Positions 1 through 10,527 are shown, counted from the stretch's first letter. The stretch: DNA of 64,000 bases from Rebecca billardiae RCC1528 (GCA_965240325.2 OZ251222.1:2046001-2110000); one strand, 5' to 3'. The notes: a model not told the origin generated them from the letters alone. Numbers and translations are program-made.

Positions 1-57
1 TGCTCTGCCCGCACTGCTCGCAGCAGCGCGGCTCGCCGCGCGAAGCACGAGCGCCAT
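1..57 (-). CDS. 5' end of a gene running off the window; mitochondrial presequence-like N-terminus
   Basis: ATG at 57 reads MALVLRAASRAAASSAGRA (Arg/Ala/Ser-rich, no acidic residues). Head-to-head with the protease gene, like other gene pairs here. Confidence 0.45.
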   Translation of the reverse strand, partial: MALVLRAASRAAASSAGRA

Positions 58-435
58 CGCCGAAAGGATCCTCCGCGGCTTCCGCGCGCCGACGTCGGGT
101 CCGCGAGATCGAGACTGTCCGGGGACGAGATGCCGCCGCTTTGGCGACTCAGCCGCTAAGGTGCCTCGGTCTGAGGTCGGTGCCGTGCCCGCTCGAGCCA
201 GCGCCGACGGCTCCGCAGCCCAGCAGCTCTCGAGCTCGCGCAACTGCGCTGGCGAGCGGCGAGGGTGCACACCTGCGCACCAGCTCAGCAAAAACCTGAC
301 GATCGAGAAAAAGCGCAGCAATGTATTCCCGAAAAGAAGCCACGGCACACGCGCCCTGCACGCAGCGTTTGAAGGCCCATCGCGTCATCCGCGTTGCGGG
401 TGACCGCGGCGCATTTCGGGTCGAGCGGCGCGCGC

Positions 436-2313
436 ATGGGGTCGGGCGCTGGCGTGATCACGCGTCTCGCGCTCGCAGTGACGGTCGTCGCGACGGCGTC
501 CGACGACGTGGCCCACTCTCACCCCGACGCGCGCGCGACGCACGATCTCCACGCGGAGCTCACCGCGCAGCTGCTGCACTTCCACCGCGTGCGTGCGCAG
601 CCAGCGCGCGCCGACGTGCATGCCGACGCTGCGTCACTCGCGCACACGGACTACTTGTGGCATCGATACGCGGCGCACCACCCGGCGCTCGATCCGCGCG
701 ATGCGCGCGCGCGCGCTGCCTTCTTCCACAGCGCGCGACGCATTGTGGAGCTCGACGCGAGCGACGCGGCGGGCGCGAGGTACGGCTTCACGCACCTCGC
801 CGCTCTCGACGCGGAGGGGTTTGCGGCGCGTCTCGCGAGCTGGCGGCCGCTGCCGCTGCACCACCCGGCCAACAACGCCAGCGCGCTCCCGCGCCTCGCC
901 GCGCGCGCGCCGCGCGGCGCGCTCGATCGCGTGGGCGGGCTCGTGGGCGCGGGCAGCGTGCCCGCCTCGTTCGACTGGTTCGGGCGTGGCGTGCTCACGC
1001 CGGTGAAGGACCAGCGCGACTGTGGCGCGTGCTGGTCCTTCACGACGGTGCAGACCATCGAGTCCGCCGCGGCCGTGATGGGCGGAGCGCTCGCGCCGCT
1101 CTCGGCGCAGCAGCTGCTCGACTGTGACACGTCTTGGAACCAGGGCTGCGTCGGCGGCAACGTCGCGGCGGCGGTGGGCTACCTGCGCAAGTTCGGCTCG
1201 ATGCGCGCGGACGACTACCCGTACCACAACGCGGACGGCGAGCTGTGCCAGTACGTGCCCGAGCTCGTCGCGCTGCGCGTGGGCGAGCTGATCCGCATCC
1301 CGCCCGGCTCGGAGCTCCAGCTGCAGCACGCGCTGCTGCAGTACGGGCCCCTGGCCGTCTCGGTCGACGCGTCCGGCTGGCAGCACTACACGGGCGGGAT
1401 CATCTCGGCGTGCGGCGACGGCGGCGTGAACCACGCGGTGCAGCTCGTGGGCTGGGGCACGGCGAGCGGCGGCGTGGACTACTGGAACATCCGCAACAGC
1501 TGGTCCACGGCGTGGGGCGAGCTCGGGTACGCGCGCATGCTGCGCGGCGTCGGGTGCAACGGCATCGTGGATGAGCCTGCGTACACGTTCGCCATCATGG
1601 GGCAGGAGTGCGTCGCGCTCGACTGCGGCCGCTGCGTGGCGGACACGCAGCGCTGCGGCTGGTGCGCGGGCGCGATGCGCTGCTACGAACGCGCCGCCGG
1701 CGAGGCGATGTGCGCGCGCGGCTGGCTCGACGCCAAGTGTCCGCCCACGCCCACGGTGCCGTCCGCGCTGCACGCGCTCACGTGCGGCCTCGCCGCGGCC
1801 GAGGCGACCGGCCAGCCGCCCGCCTACTTCAGCCTCCGCCTCGACCGCACCGACTGGCGGAACGGCACGGCCTGCCTGCTCGGCTTCGAGATGAACGTGC
1901 TGCAGGCACTCGGCGTGCTGCTCGCCGCGCTCACGCTGCTGTGCTGGGGCGTGCAGTCGCTGTGCGCGCTGTGCTGGCGGCCGCGCTCGCGCCGGCCGTC
2001 CCCGCGCGCGTCGCGTCGAGCGTCCGGCGCCGCCGACATGCTCACCGGCTCGGCCGCCGCGCCGCTGCTCGGCGGCGCCAGGCCCGACGTGCCGCCGCGC
2101 TCCGATCGGTCGGAGCAGCAGCCGCAGCGCATCGTCTCGCTGCCCGGCACCGACTACGTGGTCGACGCGCACACGCAGCGCGTGTACATTAGGCACACTG
2201 CGGCGGCCGGGGGCGCGCGCGGCGGGACGGCGCCGCTCCGCCCCGTCCCCGTGAGGAAGGCGGCGGTGTCGACTGGCGATGCGGGGCCCCAGGACCGTCC
2301 ACCGCCCTCGTGA
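436..2313 (+). CDS. Papain-family (C1A) cysteine protease with C-terminal PSI-like Cys module and transmembrane helix
   Basis: Signal peptide and degenerate I29 prodomain; catalytic motifs QRDCGACWSF, NHAVQLVGWG, WNIRNSW; then CVALDCGRCV...CGWC...RCY...C...CP and hydrophobic VLQALGVLLAALTLLCWGV. First ATG at 436. Confidence 0.92.
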   Translation: MGSGAGVITRLALAVTVVATASDDVAHSHPDARATHDLHAELTAQLLHFHRVRAQPARADVHADAASLAHTDYLWHRYAAHHPALDPRDARARAAFFHSARRIVELDASDAAGARYGFTHLAALDAEGFAARLASWRPLPLHHPANNASALPRLAARAPRGALDRVGGLVGAGSVPASFDWFGRGVLTPVKDQRDCGACWSFTTVQTIESAAAVMGGALAPLSAQQLLDCDTSWNQGCVGGNVAAAVGYLRKFGSMRADDYPYHNADGELCQYVPELVALRVGELIRIPPGSELQLQHALLQYGPLAVSVDASGWQHYTGGIISACGDGGVNHAVQLVGWGTASGGVDYWNIRNSWSTAWGELGYARMLRGVGCNGIVDEPAYTFAIMGQECVALDCGRCVADTQRCGWCAGAMRCYERAAGEAMCARGWLDAKCPPTPTVPSALHALTCGLAAAEATGQPPAYFSLRLDRTDWRNGTACLLGFEMNVLQALGVLLAALTLLCWGVQSLCALCWRPRSRRPSPRASRRASGAADMLTGSAAAPLLGGARPDVPPRSDRSEQQPQRIVSLPGTDYVVDAHTQRVYIRHTAAAGGARGGTAPLRPVPVRKAAVSTGDAGPQDRPPPS

Positions 2314-2643
2314 CGTGACTCGTGAGCGCCTGCTCAGTGCCGTCGCCAGGGCCCCGAGCCATTCGCTTAGCTCAGATCGCTGCCAACTTGTGTCATTGTT
2401 GAACTGAGTGGCGCGAAATCTGACGTCGGATCGATCTCGCCCGCGCTGCTCACCAGGCCTGCCCCCCGGCGGCCGTGCTGCCGTGCAGACCCACCGTGTC
2501 ACTCACTACAGGGAGATGTGACGTGACGACGATTCGACGATTCGTCAACGCTCGCGCCAGCCCTCTGCGGTTCGACGGTTGGTCACCTGAAAAGGCCGGC
2601 TCGGGCGGGGAACACGAGCGACGCGCGCGCCACGCCGAACGCC

Positions 2644-3090
2644 ATGTCGGCGCCACCACCGGGGAAGCGGCCCGCTGGACAAGAAGAAGCGGAAGATTTC
2701 GTGCCTGTGCCTGCCATCGACGAGGAAGATACGCTCATCGAAGAAGAGCGCCTCGCGGCGCAAGAGGGAGGGCCCAAGCCGGCTGAAGAGATTGCTTCAC
2801 TCGAGGCCGAAGCCACCCTGCCGATCGAGGAGGTGCTCAAGCGCATGCGGGAGCAGGCGGGGGAGGACGACGACGAGGACGACGATGATGACGAGGACGA
2901 CGACGACGAGGACGAGGGTGAGGATGACGAGGATGACGAGGACGACGACGGCGAAGAGGAGGACGGCGAGGAGGAGGACGGCGAGGAGGACGAAGGCGAG
3001 CAGGGTGAGGAGGGCGATGACTCGGAAGACGATGATGATGACGAACCAAGGCCTAAGCCTCCGGCTGCGAAGCGCAAGAAAGTGGCATAA
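2644..3090 (+). CDS. Small acidic nuclear protein, putative histone H2A-H2B binder/chaperone
   Basis: DEEDTLIEEE...EEIASLEAEATLPIEEVL motif, long D/E tract, C-terminal NLS PAAKRKKV; coding-like codon bias. Confidence 0.8.
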   Translation: MSAPPPGKRPAGQEEAEDFVPVPAIDEEDTLIEEERLAAQEGGPKPAEEIASLEAEATLPIEEVLKRMREQAGEDDDEDDDDDEDDDDEDEGEDDEDDEDDDGEEEDGEEEDGEEDEGEQGEEGDDSEDDDDDEPRPKPPAAKRKKVA

Positions 3091-3813
3091 GCCATCTGCG
3101 GCATGCCTGTGGTTGACGAAGCTCTCGCCTCGCTCTTTGTAGCCGCCCGACCACAGCCACCCCAGTGCCACGCGCTCCGCGCGTGAGCTCCGCGCGGAGC
3201 CGGGCAGCCCAGCGAGCCCGCTGGCACCGCTGACGTGCCACCAACCGGGCACCCGATGATGGCCGAAAACTAGAGTGCACTCAATGTCACTGGCGGACAG
3301 GTTGATTGATCGACTGTGTCACTACACATGACCCGGCGTCGGCCGGCGGCGTGAGACGTAGGATCGTGGCCCGGCTGCCAGGCCAGCAGGCAGCATCGGG
3401 CGCCGCATCGGGCCGTCGGCGGCAGTACGAGTCACGCGGGCACTCTGCCACTGGTGGGTCCGTGGGGGAGTGGCCAGTGGGGCCGCTCCGGCCTCCGCCG
3501 TCAGCGCCAGTCCGAGCCGCCGGCCCGCGGAGCCGCCAGTAGCGGCGTACTAGTCCTAGAACACTCGTAAGTAACAGGCCCAGCGGGCGCACAAGTGCCC
3601 ACAAGGCCAAGCCTGACAGACAGACGGGCCGCGTTGCCGTACTTGCCGTTGGCTAGTTGGCAGCACCGAGCACGACGCCGCGGCGCGGGCGGGCCATAGT
3701 GCCCGATACGAAGGTGTCAGGTGTGATCAGTCCGAGGCAGGCGAGCAGCTGCACTGCCCACTCCGCCTCCGGCACTCGCCGGCCACGCGGAAGGGAATGC
3801 GCTGCGCTCAGCC

Positions 3814-5778
3814 TCAGGGCCAGGCCCTCACCCGTCTGGCCATCACCACGGGTCGTACATGCGACGCCGGCGTCGATACGACGCTGGCTGTGACCAGCGG
3901 CGCGGGCAGCTGCGATGGTCGCGGCCGCCACGCTGCCACACTACTGTCCGAGGGTGTGGGTGTGCTCCTGGTGCGCTTCCGCTGTCGTTTGGCAGCGCTC
4001 ACTTCTTTGGTGCTCATCACGTCTTGTTCCTGCCCGCGCTTGTGCGCACCACTCCAAAGGCGCCTCATGCCCGCCAGCTTGTGCACTTCGCATCGGCTGG
4101 CGCGCGCATTGCCCGGCATGCCGAAGTAAGGCCGCGTGGTGCAGCCGGTGTGGTCACACTTGGGGCTCTTCAGGTCGACCATGCCGGCCAGCTTGTGCGC
4201 AGCGCACCGGCTGGCACGCGCGTCGCCCGGCATGCCGAATGAAGGCACCGTGGTGCAGCCGGTGTGATCACACTTGGGGTGCTTCTGGTCGACCATGCCG
4301 GCCAGCTTGTGCACAGCGCACCGGCTGGCGCGCGCGTCGCCCGGCATGCCGAAGTGAGGCCGCGTGGTGCAGCCGGTGTGATCACACTTGGGGTGCTTCA
4401 GGTCGACCATGCCGGCCAGCTTGTGCGCAGCGCACCGGCAGGCGCGCGCGTCGCCCGGCATGCCGAATGAAGGCACCGTGGTGCAGCCGGTGTGATCACA
4501 CTTGGGGTGCTTCAGGTCGACCATGCCGGCCAGCTTGTGCACAGCGCACCGGCTGCCGCGCGCATTGCCCGGCATGCCGAAGTAAGGCCGCGTGGTGCAG
4601 CCGGTGTGATCACACTTGGGGCTCTTCAGGTCGACCATGCCGGCCAGCTTGTGCGCAGCGCACCGGCTGGCGCGTGCGTCGCCCGGCATGCCGAATGAAG
4701 GCACCGTGGTGCAGCCGGTGTGATCACACTTGGGGTGCTTCAGGTCGACCATGCCGGCCAGCTTGTGCGCAGCGCACCGGCAGGCGCTCGCGTCGCCCGG
4801 CATGCCGAATGAAGGCACCGTGGTGCAGCCGGTGTGATCACACTTGGGGTGCTTCTGGTCGACCATGCCGGCCAGCTTGTGCGCAGCGCACCGGCTGGCG
4901 CGTGCGTCACCCGGCATGCCGAAGTGAGGCCGCGTGGTGCAGCCGGTGTGATCACACTTGGGGCTCTTCACGTCGACCATGCCGGCCAGCTTGTGCGTAG
5001 CGCACCGGCTGGCGCGTGCGTCACCCGGCATGCCGAAGTGAGGCCGCGTGGTGCAGCCGGTGTGATCACACTTGGGGCTCTTCACGTCGACCATGCCGGC
5101 CAGCTTGTGCGCAGCGCACCGGCTGGCGCGCGCGTCGCCCGGCATGCTGAATGACGGCTGCGTGGTGCAGCCCTCGTGATCACACTTGGGGCTCTTCACG
5201 TCGACCATGCCGGCCAGCTTGTGCGTAGCGCACCGGCTGGCGCGTGCGTCACCCGGCATGCCGAAGTTAGACCGTTTGGTGCAGCCGGTTTGATAACACT
5301 TGGGGTGCTTCAGGTCGACCATGCCGGCCAGCTTGTGCGCAGCGCACCGGCAGGCGCGCGCGTCGCCCGGCATGCCGAATGAAGGCACCGTGGTGCAGCC
5401 GGTGTGATCACACTTGGGGCTCTTCAGGTCGACCATGCCGGCCAGCTTGTGCACTTCGCACCGGCTGGCGCGCGCGTCGCCCGGCATGCCGAAGTGAGGC
5501 CGCGTGGTGCAGCCGGTGTGATCACACTTGGGGCTCTTCAGGTCGACCATGCCGGCCAGCTTGTGCGCAGCGCACCGGCTGGCGCGCGCGTCGCCCGGCA
5601 TGCCGAATGAAGGCCGCGTGGTGCAGCCCTCGTGATCACACTTGCGGGTCACCACGTCGACCATGCCGGCCAGCTTGTGCGCAGCGCACCGGCTGGCGCG
5701 CGCGTCGCCCGGCATGCCGAAGTAAGGCCGCGTGGTGCAGCCTGTGCGATCACACTTGCGGCTCTTGACGTCGACCAT
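3814..5778 (-). CDS. EsV-1-7 cysteine-rich repeat protein (15 x 38 aa); 5' end uncertain
   Basis: Repeat GMVDLKSPKCDHTGCTTRPxFGMPGDARASRCAAHKLA matches the EsV-1-7 CxxxGC...F...CxxHK pattern; NLS-like AKRQRKR follows. The upstream ORF extension to 6414 runs through transposon-derived DNA. Confidence 0.8.
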   Translation of the reverse strand: MVDVKSRKCDRTGCTTRPYFGMPGDARASRCAAHKLAGMVDVVTRKCDHEGCTTRPSFGMPGDARASRCAAHKLAGMVDLKSPKCDHTGCTTRPHFGMPGDARASRCEVHKLAGMVDLKSPKCDHTGCTTVPSFGMPGDARACRCAAHKLAGMVDLKHPKCYQTGCTKRSNFGMPGDARASRCATHKLAGMVDVKSPKCDHEGCTTQPSFSMPGDARASRCAAHKLAGMVDVKSPKCDHTGCTTRPHFGMPGDARASRCATHKLAGMVDVKSPKCDHTGCTTRPHFGMPGDARASRCAAHKLAGMVDQKHPKCDHTGCTTVPSFGMPGDASACRCAAHKLAGMVDLKHPKCDHTGCTTVPSFGMPGDARASRCAAHKLAGMVDLKSPKCDHTGCTTRPYFGMPGNARGSRCAVHKLAGMVDLKHPKCDHTGCTTVPSFGMPGDARACRCAAHKLAGMVDLKHPKCDHTGCTTRPHFGMPGDARASRCAVHKLAGMVDQKHPKCDHTGCTTVPSFGMPGDARASRCAAHKLAGMVDLKSPKCDHTGCTTRPYFGMPGNARASRCEVHKLAGMRRLWSGAHKRGQEQDVMSTKEVSAAKRQRKRTRSTPTPSDSSVAAWRPRPSQLPAPLVTASVVSTPASHVRPVVMARRVRAWP

Positions 5779-5790
5779 GCCGGCCAGCTT
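4068..5790 (-). repeat. 114-bp coding tandem repeat, 15 near-identical copies
   Basis: Period visible directly in DNA (gtcgaccatgccggccagcttg recurs every 114 bp). Confidence 0.97.
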
Positions 5791-5939
5791 GGCGCAGCGC
5801 CTTGGTACCGTCCTTGGCCTTGGCCGGCAAGGAGACCGTGACCGTGAGGACGGACCGCGAGGGCTCCTCTCAGGGGCGCGCCGGCCCGCCTTCCGCCGCA
5901 GGCTTCCGCGGAGCTTCGCGCACAACACGTCGCCGTGAG

Positions 5940-6881
5940 CAAGGGCGGCCGAAGCAACGTCAACTCCCAGTGGTGGCACCAAGTGACGGAGGTTGGGCGC
6001 CCCCTCAACTGCTGGCCGATACACACCCTTACCGCTCTGCGCATGGGGAACCCATGCTCGCAGAGCGGCCGGGGCGAATCTCAGGGGCCTGAGGCGGTCC
6101 CGGACGCGCGCCCCGCGGCCACACCTGAGGGTGCGGGCGGGCTCTTCGATCATGTTGGTGAGCTCTCCGCCATCGGGGCGCGCTTCATTGCGCCGCCTCG
6201 CCTCGCGTACGGCGTTCCCGTCGTGCTCGCACTGACAAGGCTGAGCAGAGCGTAGAGTGCCATCATGATTGCATTCGGTTCCAACTTGCTCGCCAGCCAC
6301 TTCCAGCCAGGTGCGCGCGGCTTGGGAGTAGACGATTAGTTCCGTGTGCCCGGGCTCGTCGTGACACCGGCATGCCGATCCCTCCCCAGCCGAGATGTCA
6401 GAGCGCGTGCGCACAGGCAGTCACAGGCAGTGCGCACTGGTAGCCAAGTGGACGCGTGTGAGCGACGACAAGCCACGACGAGAAAACGGCCGCATCCAAC
6501 CTTCTCACATACCACTAGACCACCGCGCAGAATGCGTCTGAGCCCGCCCATTCCCGCCCATAACGAGTTACAGCGGCTCGATTGTGAGGCGGGTGCAAAG
6601 GCGGCGGGTGAAAGCGAGCCCCGCGCGGGCGGCGAGAGAGACGCGCGTGCATAGACCTGATGCGGGAGTGCCCGAACAACGTGAAGGTGCGTCCATCTTC
6701 CAAGCGCGCGACCGGTCCGACACCGCGCCACGCCAAACGAGCACCACGCGTGTCGCCCCCAGCGCCGGCCACGCGTCCCGAGGCGCTGCCATGTTTCGTC
6801 ACGGGCCCGATCTCTGAGGTTAGCCCCGGCCGCTCTGCGAGCGTGGTTCCACCACGCGCAGAGCGGCCGGGTGTGTATCGG
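5940..6881. mobile_element. Older, diverged member of the CAAGGGCGG foldback family, interrupted by the element at 6882
   Basis: Starts caagggcgg...gtcaactcccagtgg like the younger copies. 6011-6087 is the reverse complement of 6812-6881 plus 8019-8023. Confidence 0.6.
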
Positions 6882-8011
6882 CAAGGGCGGTAAGGGCTGT
6901 CAACTCCCAGTGGCGCCGAGTGGCGGAGGTTGGTTGCCCCTCAACTCGTGCGGCCTCGCGGCGCAGCGGCTAAGTCTCCTGGGGCGCCGCCCAGGAGGGC
7001 GCGTGGGGTGCGCACGCCGCGGGCTCCTGCGGCCGCGGCAGCGGCCGCGGACACGGCGCGCGTGGTTGGTCGCATGCTAGACAGTATGTAGTACCCTCCC
7101 ACGCCGCGCGCCGTGCTCGCCGGTGCCCTCGCCGTGCCTCAGGCCAGCCGCGCACGCGCGCCGCACCAATGGCCAGCCGTGGCCACGCGCCAGCCGCCGG
7201 CGCGCGCGCGGTGCGCGGTGCGGTCGGCGCGGGTCGGGCGCGCGCCCGGGGCGAGGCTTGTGTATGATGGGCGCGCGTCATGCCGCCTCGCGCCGCCGCA
7301 CACGAGCTTGATCACGTTCCACGCGGCTGCTGAAGGGTGCTCGTCGAGCATTCCTCGGCCATCAGAAATGAGCTTGGACAAGCGGCTGTGAGCGCACTGA
7401 GTGCGAGGAACGCGAGCACTTGGGGGCTCGCGTGCCATAGTATGATGCTAGTCGTGCTCATATCAGTGGTCTGCGCTTGTCTATCACGCGTCGCTGCCTT
7501 CCCATGATCGTCTCAACATGAGCATTTTCAAACATGGCAATGCACACTCGACAGCATGAGAACGCGTGCGCGCCGACCCATGCGGGCTCCAGCGCGGCGG
7601 CGCGAGGCGGCATGACGCGCGCCCAACATACACAAGCCTCGCCCCGGGCGCGCGCCCGACCCGCGCCGACCGCACCGCGCACCGCGCGCGCGCCGGCGGC
7701 TGGCGCGTGGCCACGGCTGGCCATTGGTGCGGCGCGCGTGCGCGGCTGGCCTGAGGCACGGCGAGGGCACCGGCGAGCACGGCGCGCGGCGTGGGAGGGT
7801 ACTACATACTGTCTAGCATGCGACCAACCACGCGCGCCGTGTCCGCGGCCGCTGCCGCGGCCGCAGGAGCACGCGGCGTGCGCACCCCACGCGCCCTCCT
7901 GGGCGGCGCCCCAGGAGACTTAGCCGCTGCGCCGCGAGGCCGCACGAGTTGAGGGGCAACCAACCTCCGCCACTCGGCGCCACTGGGAGTTGACAGCCCT
8001 TACCGCCCTTG
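6882..8011. mobile_element. Non-autonomous foldback DNA transposon, 418-bp TIRs, 7-bp TSD (P/Galileo-like)
   Basis: 6882-7299 and 7594-8011 are near-perfect inverted repeats (ends CAAGGGCGG / CCGCCCTTG) around a 294-bp spacer. GTATCGG is duplicated at 6875-6881 and 8012-8018. Confidence 0.88.
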
Positions 8012-8099
8012 GTATCGGCCAGCCTCAACTGATAAACAGCGCGTCAGCGCGGCCCACGCCCAGACTTGATGCCAGATGTCGCACACATGACCCCCTCCG

Positions 8100-8724
8100 C
8101 AAGGGCGGTAAGGGCTGTCAACTCCCAGTGGCGCACTGGCGCCGAGTGGCGGAGGTTCCGTGCCCCTCAACTCGTGCGGCCTCGCGGCGCAGCGGCTAAG
8201 TCTCCTGGGGCGCCGCCCTGGAGGGCGCGTGGGGTGCGCACGCCGCGTGCTCCTGCGGCCGCGGCAGCGGCCGCGGACACGGCGCGCGTGGTTGGTCGCT
8301 TGCTAGCCAGTATGTAGTACCGGCATGACGCGCGCCCATCATACGCGAGCCTCGCCCCGGGCGCGCGCCCGACCCGCGCCGACCGCACCGCGCACCGCGC
8401 GCGCACCGGCGGCTGGCGTGTGGCCACGGCTGGCCATTGGTGCGGCGCTCGTGCGCGGCTGGCCTGAGGCACGGCGAGGGCACCGGCGAGCGCGGCGCGC
8501 GGCGTGGGAGGGTACTACATACTGTCTAGCATGTGACCAACCACGCGCGCCGTGTCCGCGGCCGCTGCCGCGGCCGCAGGAGCACGCGGCGTGCGCACCC
8601 CACGCGCCCTCCAGGGCGGCGCCCCAGGAGACTTAGCCGCTGCGCCGCGAGGCCGCACGAGTTGAGGGGCACGGAACCTCCGCCACTCGGCGCCACTGGG
8701 AGTTGACAGCCCTTACCGCCCTTG
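8100..8724. mobile_element. Internally deleted second copy of the same foldback element
   Basis: Same termini; truncated left arm 8100-8321 joined directly to right arm 8322-8724; flanks CCCCTCCG / CCCTTCCG (imperfect TSD). Confidence 0.82.
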
Positions 8725-9886
8725 CCCTTCCGCCTCCATAGATAGCGGCACGAGTGAAACACAGGCGCCTCACTGCTCACCACTGCCAGTGGCCCAGACC
8801 CCAGCCCAGCTACTAGTGTTGGTCACAAGGTGGTAAACTTCGAAACGTCTTTTTTGCTTATAAGCAAAGAAAGGCCAATCGTGAGATCGGGGCGGGAAAC
8901 CCTACCGAGCTAATTAGGTAATCTCATATTGACGAGGACACTGGCTATCCGCAAGTAAGCGCGTGTCTTTGGGTGCCAATAATGGTTCCAAGGTGGGTCC
9001 AATGGTTCCGGGAGAGGTAATACTATTTCTCTCCCGGTACTTATAGAAATCTTATAGGAAATGTCTTGATGCATAATCAAACTGCCATGTAAACGGGTGT
9101 GGTTCCATGGTTCCAATATTTTGGAGTTTGCGCTGAGGCTTGGACTCCAAATATTGCAGAAGTCTCCATTGGTCTTTGGTGAATCTACTAGTGAGACCGG
9201 GCTCGGGCTTACGCCAAGTTCGCCCTTCTTCGTTACCCAGGGGAATAGGTGGTAACACCTTTTCCTTATAGGGTTCGGCCCCTCCGCTATCGCTTCGGAA
9301 GGTTACGCTCGGTGCAGTTGCTCCTTCGCTACCCTCACCCTATTTTTCGCCTGCGGCTGGCTGGCCTGCGGCTGCTTTCATTATTGGCCTTTGTCTGTTT
9401 CGAGTTTTGGCACTCTGGGGCCGACACTAGTAACTAGGCTCGCTGTGACAGCCCCCTCCGTCCCCTCCCCCGCGCAGGGATCAGCTAGTGGCTGGCCCTC
9501 TGCCCACACTGGGGCACCCTAGGGGGTGCCCCTTCTGCCGACTCATCTCACACTCGATGATCACGAACTGCAAGGCAGTGCACTCTTGTACGGCAGGGAT
9601 CACCCCGCAGTGTTGGGCTTGTATGCTGTTGGCAATGGCACACACCCGCCTCCTCTGGAGGCGGGCTGTCCACAGTGGAGTGGTGTCAGGGCACTAGGTG
9701 TCTCGGTCAGTGGTTTGAGGTTGGGTGGGGGTGGTGGTTGGTTGGGGGGCTGGCCAGGGTAGGGCTGGAGGCTTCGGCCGCCAGTCAGTGCCGATCCGAC
9801 CCGGATATAAATAAAGGGGAATTTATTATGATTAGTCTGAGCCATAATAATATTTAAATAAAGTATAGTACTCCGACAGTGCAGGC

Positions 9887-9990
9887 TATGCTCTGCCACC
9901 AACGCCGACTTCGTGTCGACGATCGGGCACTGCCGCCGACGAATCAGGAGACCCGCGTCGTCCTACCTGCTGTGTCGTTAAATCATAGAA
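9887..9990 (-). repeat. Dispersed repeat family copy (TATGATTTAA terminus)
   Basis: Reverse complement of 59171-59272 (ctcctgattcgtc...gtgcccgatcgtcgacacgaagtcggcg...ggcagagcata). Confidence 0.8.
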
Positions 9991-10527
9991 TGAGTCTCTG
10001 ACGTCTTGACTGAACTCGCGTCGTTCTATATCGGATACTGGTATAGGCGGAGCGTGCTTGCTGCGAGCGGGCCCGCCTGCTCGCCGCCCGGATGAACGCC
10101 CGATTGAGTAACGATTCGCGAACGACCCGGACTCCGGAGGCCGGACCAATGCGGTCTGCGGACGACATGATGTCTATTGTCTAGATCTGTGACGGTCTGA
10201 AGACCGTACTCTGCGACGTCAGTCTTACTCAGCTGGGCAGCTGGCCGACTCACGTTAGGCGAGTAACTAGTTATTACTGCTATTGATAGCTTATTAGTGT
10301 GCGAAAGGGACGATATATGTGCTGAATGCTGACGGAACTCGTGTCGGACCTGAGATGAGGAATGGAATCGTCCATGGTGAAGTCGGCTTGTGAGTGTCGT
10401 GGCGTTGTTCGCGGCACAGCGAGCCCGCCGCCCACTGTCGTTGCTGCGTCAGGACCATCGCGCGCTCCGAGCGCCGCGAGCCAGGGCGCGTCAGTAGGCC
10501 ACATGTCGTTGCCGTGCCGGCGCGCGC

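Noticed and set aside
4068-5790. CRISPR-like array interpretation of the 114-bp and 123-bp repeats and of the GTAC element
   Set aside because: No unique spacers and no cas genes; the units are in-frame coding repeats or TIR sub-repeats in a eukaryotic context.
5791-6414. N-terminal 200 aa of the 866-aa ORF as real protein
   Set aside because: Overlaps transposon-derived inverted-repeat sequence, has low-complexity Arg/Pro composition and a non-ATG start.
6882-6990. HDV-like ribozyme or IscB/Fanzor omega-RNA (GTCAACT..., GGCTAA)
   Set aside because: Could not build the P1/P2/P3 pseudoknot and no RuvC nuclease ORF is nearby; better explained as transposon TIR sequence.
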